Below are positions 37,901 through 45,930 of a stretch of 64,000 bases of DNA, in pieces. Below the pieces are notes generated by a model. It ran no database searches and had not been told where the DNA came from. It saw only the letters and a program-made list of their open reading frames with translations. Position numbers and translations under genes: made by a program. The DNA is from Paragordius varius (lineage: Eukaryota; Animalia; Nematomorpha): positions 1,798,001 through 1,862,000 of the forward strand of contig OZ176053.1 in assembly GCA_964247055.1 (NCBI GenBank), read 5' to 3'. Position 1 is the first letter of the stretch. Every line of letters begins with the position of its first letter.

Positions 37901-40900
37901 AAAATCCCTCGAACGCTCATTTTCTGGTGTCTTCAAAAAAAAGGAGTAGACAAATGGATCATAGATGCAATAAAGTTATTATATGATAACAGTAAAACCT
38001 GTGTTAACACACATTTCGGGTACACAATTCCATTCCACATCACAACAGGACTACACCAAGGTTCTGTTCTTAGCCCCCTTCTATTCACCATAATAATAGA
38101 CACCATCAGTGATGAGATCCGTACTGGTCTTCCTTGTAAGCTCATCTACGCTGATGATTTATTGTTAACGTCAGAAAATCTAAACGAACTCAGCCAAAAG
38201 TTCAAACTCTGGAAAACCTGCCTTGAGCGACATGGTCTCACAATCAACATTCATAAAACTAAGGTTATGATAACAGGCGACAAAAAAACCAATCAAATCA
38301 AATACCCATGCCGCGCATGCCTAAAAAATGTAGGTCTAAACTCCATCCAATGCACTAAGTGTCAATACTGGTTACACAAACCATGTTCGGGATTAAAGGG
38401 AACTTTAAAAAATAATAATAATTATATATGCCCCCCATGTACTCTATCCAAACAATATATTCCACCCATAGAAGCTGAAACCTACCTTAAAATAGGTGAC
38501 AGCGAAATTCAAAAAGTACAAAAGTTTACCTACCTTGGTGATACCATTTCCGCTCAAGGAGGTTCATCTGAAGCCATCAAAAATCGCATAAGAATTGGTT
38601 GGGGTAGATACAACCAATATAAATACATATTTACCAATAAACACATATCTACAAAAACAAAAAACAAAATATACCTAATTGGCGTTAGACCCACTATAAC
38701 TTATGCTTGCGAAACATGGCAAATAAGTAAAACACAGGAAAATATGCTGGATAATATGGAACAAAGAATGATAAATACATTTAAGCGAACAATCTCTCAT
38801 GATAAAGAAATCCTACCAATCTCAAAATATATTCAAATCCGTAGACTTGGCTATTACGGTCACATTCAAAGATTAGATAACGATAATTGGATTAAAAATA
38901 TAACAAACCTTAAGCCAAACAAACAAAACAGAGTTGGTCGTCCAGCAATAACATGGGACAAAAACATTACCCAAGACCTACAGTCCAAAAACATAAAAGC
39001 CGGGGACTGGTTAAACAAAAATTCCTTCAATGCAATGATCAAACACCTAAACCCCGTCACGACGGGATGCCAAGGGACCCCTTGACAACAGAGATCCATC
39101 CATCCATATATTCCATACATACATTTTTATATCAAATAAAGTTGTTTTTATTATAAAATAATTATTACAGGAACATCAATCGCATGGTAAAGAGCCCATG
39201 AATCTTGAATCAAATTCTTCAAAATCGATCTTAGAACAACCCTTATCTAAGGCAGAGATTGAAGCCCGCGAAAAAACTAAACAAGCCCAAAAGATTGCTC
39301 GTGACATGGAAAAATGGGCAAAAACACAAAATGTTAAAAAGGATTCTGTGATGATATCTCAACAACAAACCACAGTTCCTTACATTCCATCTTTGAATGC
39401 AGGACCAACAATTTTAGTTCAAACGCCACATCCGAACCAAAATTTAAGTCATGGTATGAAAAATTATATATGGTTTATAAGATATACCTAGTATGCATTT
39501 TAATAGTTGCTTATTTCACACTATACTTGGGCAATTTGCAACACAGTAGCGTATGGAAAAACGAGAGGAAAAATTTTTTATTCAACATTTTTTTGTTTCT
39601 CCATACATTAATATGTTGCAAATTGCCCAACTATAGTAAGAAATAAGCATAATGATATAAATTGAAGAAATTGCAATGATGTAATTTTATTTTTGTCCTT
39701 TAAAATTTTTGTAATCAGCTATTAAGATGGTATTGAAATATATTTTTCTAAAATTATGTTTGGTTTTTTATCTGTTTCTAAGCAAGGGTAGTATGTAAAA
39801 AATAGGTATATATTCTAATCAGTTTTTTAAAATATTTTTCTATATTAGTTATATGAGAGAATTAAAGTTGAGCAGTGTCGATAAGTTACATGCACACACA
39901 TATATCCAAAATATTTATTTTTTAAAAATAATTTCTAAATACAAAGAGCTCATTGATTTTTTATTTTTTTCAGCAGTAGTAACTAACAAAGAAAAATCTC
40001 TTGCGCCCGAATTGTCCAACCCACAAACGGCTTCAGTAATATTTTAATTATTTTCATATTTATTAACCTCTTGTTTTTTAATTTTTTTAATGTTTAATAA
40101 AATTGCAAAAAATATTTTAGATCTAGGTATAGAGAGTTAATTAATTCATTTAAAACAAAATTATATCTAGATAGCCCAGACTTGTTTAAAATTATATAAT
40201 TGAAAAAATATGGAATAATATGAAACCATTGCAAAAGTTTGCACTTATATAATAACATTAATAAACCGAAACATAAATCAAAAATACTAGATATTATCTA
40301 GTCAGAGGAAAAATCAAAGGTAAAAATTTAGCCAACATCATGTGTGCATAAGCTACTAAAAATAATGCATAATATACCAGTTTTTTTATGTCAATGTTAA
40401 ATGTGTAATAAAAATATAATCCAAATTTTAGGCTTAGTATCAAAAAACACGAATTTTGTAGAAATTTTGGAAGATAAAAATGGCGTTTAAATACGTTACG
40501 GAACTTTTTTTCAAAACTAAATTTTATATTGATATTTTGGCTTATTTATATATTTAATAGGATAGAAGCATAAATTTAAATTGGAACCGTTTCTTTCAGT
40601 ATTTTTTTTGAAAATATTAACCTAAATATTGTCTGTGTTATTTGAATACCCCGAATCGAAATGTTAAATTGATTTATATACACACATATAAATATATGTT
40701 TTTCCGTTCAGAATTCTCTCAACTTATTGGCCAGCCAATATGGACAAAGTAAAGCTAATAGCCCTGTAATAAACTCTACAGAAAGCGCTATAACTAATGA
40801 TAAAATTATTAATAATAGTTGTTCACCTCAAATGTTAGCCGTTAAGCGTGAAGCCTTAAACGTTACCTTTTTAGATCAAAAACTCTTAGCTTGCTTATTG

Positions 40901-41487
40901 TGTAAACGTCAATTCAATACGGTTGAAGTCCTTTTAAAACATGGCAATTTATCTCAACTACATAAGGTTTGTTTTCTTCTATATATTGGGTTTTTTAACT
41001 TTTGGGATTTATAATGAAATTGTATTTTTTAAAATTGAAAACTTCCATTGATTTCCAAAAGTGGGTCCCAATTTTAGTTTGATGGAATTAACTATTATAT
41101 CAGGAAGAATTGACAAATTGGGAATCACTGATAAAATAAAAAAAATGAACATTTTTTTTCATTTAGATTTACACATTTTTTTTCGTAAAAAATAATTAAC
41201 TATTAGTTTTTTTACGGATTTTATCGCTTTAAATGTAATGTAAAAATATATTAAAATTAACTGTTTTTTGGGAGGGTGTGAATATTTTTTTTTACGTCCG
41301 ACTAAATTTTTATATATGTTTGGTACAATAGGATAATCTAACTAAATATTTGGACATTCAAATGAAATCGACTGCAAACAACACGGTAAATAATCAACCA
41401 TCATTAACGAATGCCAAATTTATAGGTATATCACACGTTAATTTATAGTAAATCCTAGAGGAGTTATGGAAATTCATAAAAAATTTG

Positions 41488-41518
<31 letters not shown>

Positions 41519-43266
41519 TTGTTGTAACATATTAAACACAAACTGTCGCATTATGCTAGGAACTTTTTTTGTCTTTTGTCACTTAAAAAAATTGTTTCAA
41601 AAAAAATTCACGGTTAAATCATTAAAAATAATTTTGCATTTTTGGATTGTACTAATTGTTGAAATTCAGTCAACAAAAGTTGAATTTGTAAAAAAAACAC
41701 AAATTTTCGATTGCTACAAACGTAATAATCTTATGTAAAAGATAACAAAAAATATAAAAGTAAAAATATACTAAAATAATGCAACCGAAAAAACATATAT
41801 ATTTTGCTTTTCATTTTGCATTCGACAAAAGTTAACCCCTAATGATTCGAAAATGAATTTAATTATTATTGCTGAATTAAAATAATTCCAATTAATTATA
41901 CATTTTTTTATCATAAAACTTTTAAAAATTAACTTAAAAAACTTTTGATTTAATTTCCAATCTTTAAAGATATCTTACAACAAGAACAAAAACAGCAGCA
42001 TCATAATATAAATGAACAGGCACAACAACAACAAAGGTATCGTGATCGAGCTAAAGAACGTCGCAAAAAACATGGGATGGGTCTGGATGAACCGCCTGAA
42101 CTCTCACACGAACTCTCCATCATGATTCGGAATCAGATGGAAGCCGCTGCTAAAACTGCATCGCAATTAAAGTTTTTTTCTTTTTATTTTACGTCAAAAA
42201 AAAGTTATAAACACCATAAACTTTTAGTGAACAATTTTCAATGGATATATACAAGTTAAGCAAGCATGTTAGATTCATATTGTTCTATCACCAACTTTTG
42301 GTCAATTGTAATATTGATGAGGGGATTTAAAATACTTTTTTTTGATCTAATATTTGGAAATTTTTAAGTCAGTCGAAATAATTTGATTTGTAGCATTTTT
42401 TTTCAAATTTGTAAGGGGTTCGGTACACTAGAATCTAAAATATATGGGAAAAATCCTATTACATAAATTATAATTAAATCATTTTACGGAATAACCAAAA
42501 TATACCAAGTATTTTTTCATAACACTTTCAATTTAGATTACCATCAGCCGTATCCCAAATACAAAAGGCCCAAAATGTTGCAATCAGTGATGATAACATC
42601 GGTAAATACTTTTTCTTACAAAATTAAGTTTTGAAATCAATATATTTTTTACCAAGTTTATAATAATATTTTATATTCTTTACTTGCATGTTAGGGAGTA
42701 AAATGCTTAAGAATATGGGTTGGAAGTCTGGGGCTGGCTTAGGCAAACAGGGACAAGGTATAACTGAACCAATAAAAGCTATTGATGATAGATTTACACA
42801 GAAAGATTCTGAACTGGGAACCGCAATGTTAAGTACACCCACGGCTAATCTTTTAGCTGGTGGAGCAGCGGCTAATCAAAGTTTGTTTGCTATTAATATT
42901 TAGTTTTACGGTTATTTAAAAAAAATTCCTGTGATTTGGTTTAAATTATTTACGAGATAATGAAAAATATAGCTAAATTCTACTTAAAATGAGCCCCATT
43001 TTGAAAAAATATAAGGATAAATATCCGCATCATGACACTTTTTGAGGAAAAAATGATTTTATTTAATTAAATTAATTTCTAATATCCAAAAAACTCAAGT
43101 ATACCTGATAGTAATATTTCATAAAATTAACATTAACGAGTTATTTTATATATTTTTAATTATTTTGTTTATAGCCGTCACACAACAAAGATTTGCCGCA
43201 TTATCCGGAACATATCAAGACAAAATACGAAAACTAGTTCATGAACGCTTTGATAATACATCCTGA
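21121..43266 (+). CDS. RBM5: RNA-binding protein 5/10 family splicing regulator, at least 22 exons
   Basis: Domain order: RS-rich N-terminus, RRM1 (SRGFAFVEY), RanBP2 ZnF (WICSQ|CAIANFKKRANCFKC), RRM2 (QGYCFVE), OCRE (DPRSGYYYDPSTRLYYDPNTK|YYYNG), KIARDMEKWAK, C2H2 ZnF (CLLCKRQF...HGNLSQLHK), YRDRAKERR, G-patch (GSKMLKNMGWKSGAGLGKQGQGI). Exons: 21160-21293, 21816-22079, 22662-22731, 23873-23946, 24473-24574, 24900-24960, 25063-25128, 25926-26172, 27348-27598, 29412-29667, 31389-31455, 32106-32184, 32571-32894, 36657-36805, 39171-39453, 39974-40035, 40712-40966, 41332-41425, 41970-42171, 42537-42601, 42695-42880, 43175-43266. The start codon is ambiguous. The symbol is family-level (RBM5/RBM10). 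Confidence 0.93.
22999..23269. mobile_element. MITE family 2, complete copy with TA flanks
   Basis: TA|cagtgaaaattgaaattatacggac ... ccgtataattttaatttttactg|TA, with inverted arms of about 90 bp. Confidence 0.8.
23582..23828. mobile_element. MITE family 1 copy
   Basis: ccatttacaattcaaattc ... gggtgaatttgaactgtaaa; the right arm has several subterminal units of about 21 bp. Confidence 0.75.
26380..26950. repeat. Degenerate tandem repeat (about 130 bp unit) in an RBM5 intron
   Basis: agctggttattt and taaggaa(a)tg(t)gatagataaaaagggg recur near 26390, 26480-26510, 26650, 26735-26775 and 26915. Confidence 0.45.
27600..28485. repeat. MITE family 1 derivative with tandemly amplified left arm
   Basis: About five head-to-tail copies of aaattcaccct...taagattaaatattttt...aaaattaatgtaatg(g/c)taaaa, closed by a single right TIR ending ttgtaaatgg at 28485. 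Confidence 0.7.
29740..31225. repeat. Intronic satellite-like array, about 160 bp unit, about 10 copies
   Basis: ttttcaataagtaaattttgtaacttcgcaatataggt recurs near 29823, 29987, 30120, 30282, 30446, 30593, 30757, 30917, 31062 and 31221. Confidence 0.85.
31500..31795. mobile_element. MITE family 1, decayed copy
   Basis: acccttgaacaattcaaattcaccctc ... cccgaaagcacataatttatttttagggt. Bounds are approximate. Confidence 0.65.
33033..33420. mobile_element. MITE family 1, complete copy in (TA)n
   Basis: TA|CCATTTACAATTC ... CTGTAAATGG|TA, with 4-5 subterminal 21 bp units (aacaattcaaattcacccttg) in each arm. Confidence 0.9.
33441..36480 (-). mobile_element. Near full-length RTE-type LINE (LINE A), frameshifted
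   Basis: APE endonuclease ORF 36457-35168 (RIATWNVNTL, LSGDLNGH, IDLIM), RT 35044-34379 (YRPIKLL, FIDLEKAFDSV, HQGSLLCPFLF; YADD damaged by a small deletion), PHD finger 34233-34105, YLGD, and a C-terminal RLRFAGHVHRR...GRP...W. Short (AAAGGTTGAT)2 tail. Confidence 0.9.
36551..36610. repeat. Perfect 60 bp spacerless palindrome
   Basis: ttgatctggcaaaattttaattatatacat is followed immediately by its exact reverse complement. It extends to about 80 bp with a 2 nt bulge. Confidence 0.95.
37085..37370. mobile_element. MITE family 1 copy, right end truncated next to LINE B
   Basis: TA|ccatttaacaaaatcacccttgaacaattcaaat ... ggtgaatttaaattgttcgagagtgaatttgaattgttgaaggg, then unrelated sequence. Confidence 0.7.
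37480..39120 (+). mobile_element. 5'-truncated RTE-type LINE (LINE B) with an uninterrupted RT ORF
   Basis: ORF 37487-39085 contains KAAGP, YRPIKLL, FIDMEKAFDKI, GLHQGSVLSPLLF, LIYADD, PHD finger 38309-38440, YLGD and RRLGYYGHIQR...GRP..TW. The tail is (CCAT)n/(CATA)n-like. No endonuclease is present. Confidence 0.92.
39508..39649. repeat. 142 bp imperfect inverted repeat (hairpin or small MITE)
   Basis: tgcttatttcacactatacttgggcaatttgcaaca pairs with tgttgcaaattgcccaactatagtaagaaataagca (3 mismatches in 36). The inner gtatggaaaaac pairs with gtttctccatac. Confidence 0.85.
40180..40400 (+). repeat. Family X decayed repeat
   Basis: gaaaaaatatggaataatatgaaaccattgcaaaagtttgcacttatata matches the 18.8 kb and 20.9 kb copies. 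Confidence 0.55.
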
Positions 43267-43401
43267 AAATAAATTTTATTGTATTTATATGAATATTATG
43301 CTATTCTCACCAAATAAATTTGAAATTTTACATCATTTATTTAAAAAAATACATATATAGGTGTGTTGTTTATATACATTTCGACATTAAAAAGGAGCAT
43401 A

Positions 43402-43638
43402 TCACATAATTCCACCACGGAGAGCCAACACGAGATGTAAAATAGAACCGCCTGTAATTTTGTAATCAAGAACGGTTGAGTTTTCATTCATTTGTTTTCC
43501 CAAATAGATTAACCTTTGTTGAGGTGGTGGTATCCCCTCTTTTTCCTCGATGCGTTCTTTAATCCTTTGAACTTTATCATTTGGTTCAATGTCGATTTCG
43601 ATTTCTTTCCCAGTTAATGTTTTAACTTTAATTAACAT
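43402..43638 (-). CDS. NEDD8: NEDD8 ubiquitin-like protein, intronless, 78 aa precursor
   Basis: [50 protein letters not shown]...[12 protein letters not shown]. It has the NEDD8-type LIKVKTL start and ALRGG end. Confidence 0.96.
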   Translation of the reverse strand: MLIKVKTLTGKEIEIDIEPNDKVQRIKERIEEKEGIPPPQQRLIYLGKQMNENSTVLDYKITGGSILHLVLALRGGIM

Positions 43639-43686
43639 GCGAGGCAATGAATGTATTATATTATAGCATGTTTTTTTGAATTTTAA

Positions 43687-43911
43687 AACAAACTGGAACA
43701 TAATATATATCTGCAATCTTTGCTAAATAAAATTTTAAAGATATCTATAACTGACGGACGATATTTCATTGGAGTATTTGTTTGCATTGATAGAGAAAGC
43801 AATATAATATTGAAATCGTGTTCGGAATATTTGAGTGACAATAGGAAAACTAGATCATTGCATTTAATTATGATACCAGGGAAACATATTAAACACATTT
43901 ACACGCTATAA
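43687..43911 (+). CDS. NAA38: Lsm-fold protein resembling the NatC auxiliary subunit NAA38/LSMD1 (Mak31); start codon unresolved
   Basis: [40 protein letters not shown]...[16 protein letters not shown] has Sm1/Sm2 motifs in the NAA38 pattern (LLNK..I..TDGR..G.F.C.DR..N.IL ... M.PG.H). The open frame starts after a TAA at 43684-86 and has no N-terminal ATG. Confidence 0.78.
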   Translation, partial: NKLEHNIYLQSLLNKILKISITDGRYFIGVFVCIDRESNIILKSCSEYLSDNRKTRSLHLIMIPGKHIKHIYTL

Positions 43912-43920
43912 AAAAAATAT

Positions 43921-45367
43921 ATGAATAAAGAACCTGATTTTAAGGATACCACCAAAACTATAGTTGATGAATCAAACGCAACGATTGTTGAAAAGGACAA
44001 AAATGTTTTAGAAGAGGAGGAAAGACATAAAATGCAGGTAATATTTTATGTTTTTTGAATTTTTAGTTGCTAGTCTCAAATTTTACCGAAGATCAACTAA
44101 ATCGATACGAAATGTATCGGCGATCCGCATTTCCCAAATCAAACATTCGACGGTTAATTCAATCTGTTACCGGTTATCCGGTCTCGCAAAATGTAGTCAT
44201 AGCTGTTTCAGGTATCGCTAAAGTTTTTGCCGGTCAAATTATTGAAAAGGCTCTTGATATACGCGATAATGAAATACTTTTACAGCCATCATCCGAGGAA
44301 ATAAAGAGTGACACCAAAAAAGGTTTGCTATTTACGAATCAATAAATCTATATATATATATATATATATATACATACATATTCTCTGAGGATTTTTAATG
44401 AACATGGCTATGATGACATGCACGTTTCCGATTTACAAATAAGATCCTAGGTTTTATGAAATAACCGTTAAAAGTTGCATGTAATGTGGCTAATTTTGAC
44501 CAACTAGGAATAAGTTAAAACAAACATAACAAAATTTAAACAATTTTAATCTTAATATGGAAAATAGCAAAATATTTTGACGATATAAGTTATGATGCGG
44601 ATAATGCCATGTTTTTTGGGCATAATGTCATTATGAGGGTCTTTTTAAATTATTTTAAATTGAAATAATTGATTGAAATTTATAAATTAATATATTTCAT
44701 GAGCGTTCGCATATACACAACCCGTTTTATTTACTAGAATTAGATTTCTGATTTTTCCGGCCAATATATATTTTTGATAGAGGGTATGTTAAATATAGCA
44801 AACTTATATATCTTCGCAACAAATTACTTTAGATATCGTAAAAACGCTTATAAAATGTATCCAGTTAATATTATTTAACTATAATCTTTTGATCACAAAA
44901 ATATAATGGGAAAAACAGTTAAATAATTTTAATTCTAAAATTATTGCTAATAGTTCCTGTTTTTAAAGCTTTTCAACCATATTATAGCCTAAAAATAATA
45001 CTTCTTTATTAATATAAGACCTTTTGAAATGATCTTTAAAATTTATTATCTCATTATAAGGAAATTAAGCATCTAGTACAATTCAAATTACAAAATGATA
45101 GTTTTCTATAAAAAATAATTTTTTTTTAAACCATGGTAGCGAATTCCAAATTTTATTCATTCCGATCATTTTTAAACCACGAGCGATTTAATAAATACTT
45201 TATCGTTGAAAAAGAATATAACCATGGCTAAAATACAATAAATTCTACTTATATCTATCATATAAAATTCATCCAAATGATTTGTTAAAAATATAATGCT
45301 TAGCATCTACGGTTTGTTTTAACGTCTTAAAATCCACCAAATTTTTGTGAGGGCAAAAGGTTTCCCT

Positions 45368-45411
<44 letters not shown>

Positions 45412-45600
45412 TATAAATTTGTTTTAATTATTTTAGATCCTCTTAAACCCATACATATACGACAAGCCTATGTAGCTCTTTCGAATCCAACCATTTTTCA
45501 ACATAATAATCCTGGTGATTCTGAACAAAATACTGGCGAGGATGATAGAATTTTAACACCACAAAATGTTAAGCGTGCCAAAAAACGCATGTTTTTTTGA
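43921..45600 (+). CDS. TAF11: TFIID subunit 11 (histone fold), 3 exons, about 178 aa
   Basis: EEERHKMQ|[36 protein letters not shown]...[22 protein letters not shown]...[12 protein letters not shown]. Exons: 43921-44037, 44067-44322, 45437-45600. Confidence 0.94.
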
Positions 45601-45930
45601 TAAAAATGATAATTAAAAAATGCTAATATCATTTATTTTATATTATGGTTATTTCTAAAAACTATCACATAATATACAAAATTTGATAATAATAAATCAC
45701 AATTAGAAGAAATACATTCTACAGTCATTTTATTATATTTATATGCATAAATAAATATATGTATATATATCTAATATCTAAAACTCTATTATATCTTTGG
45801 TTTTTCTATGAAAATTTAATTGTCGTTTGCGCGAATGTGTGTGTGTTATAAAAATATATGTTTAGATTGTAAATGTAAGTAAATGTGTGATAAAATTTAT
45901 GCATTTTATAACAATTTGAAATTATATCAA

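Noticed and set aside
43684-43911. TAA reassigned to a sense codon (alternative genetic code) to explain NAA38
   Set aside because: PIGK and the chitinase both end at TAA in sensible positions, and no conserved exon elsewhere has an internal TAA.
44400-44520. Box C-like ATGATGA in the TAF11 intron (and at about 18709) as C/D snoRNAs
   Set aside because: There is no properly placed box D with a terminal stem. The 18.7 kb motif lies in the family X repeat.
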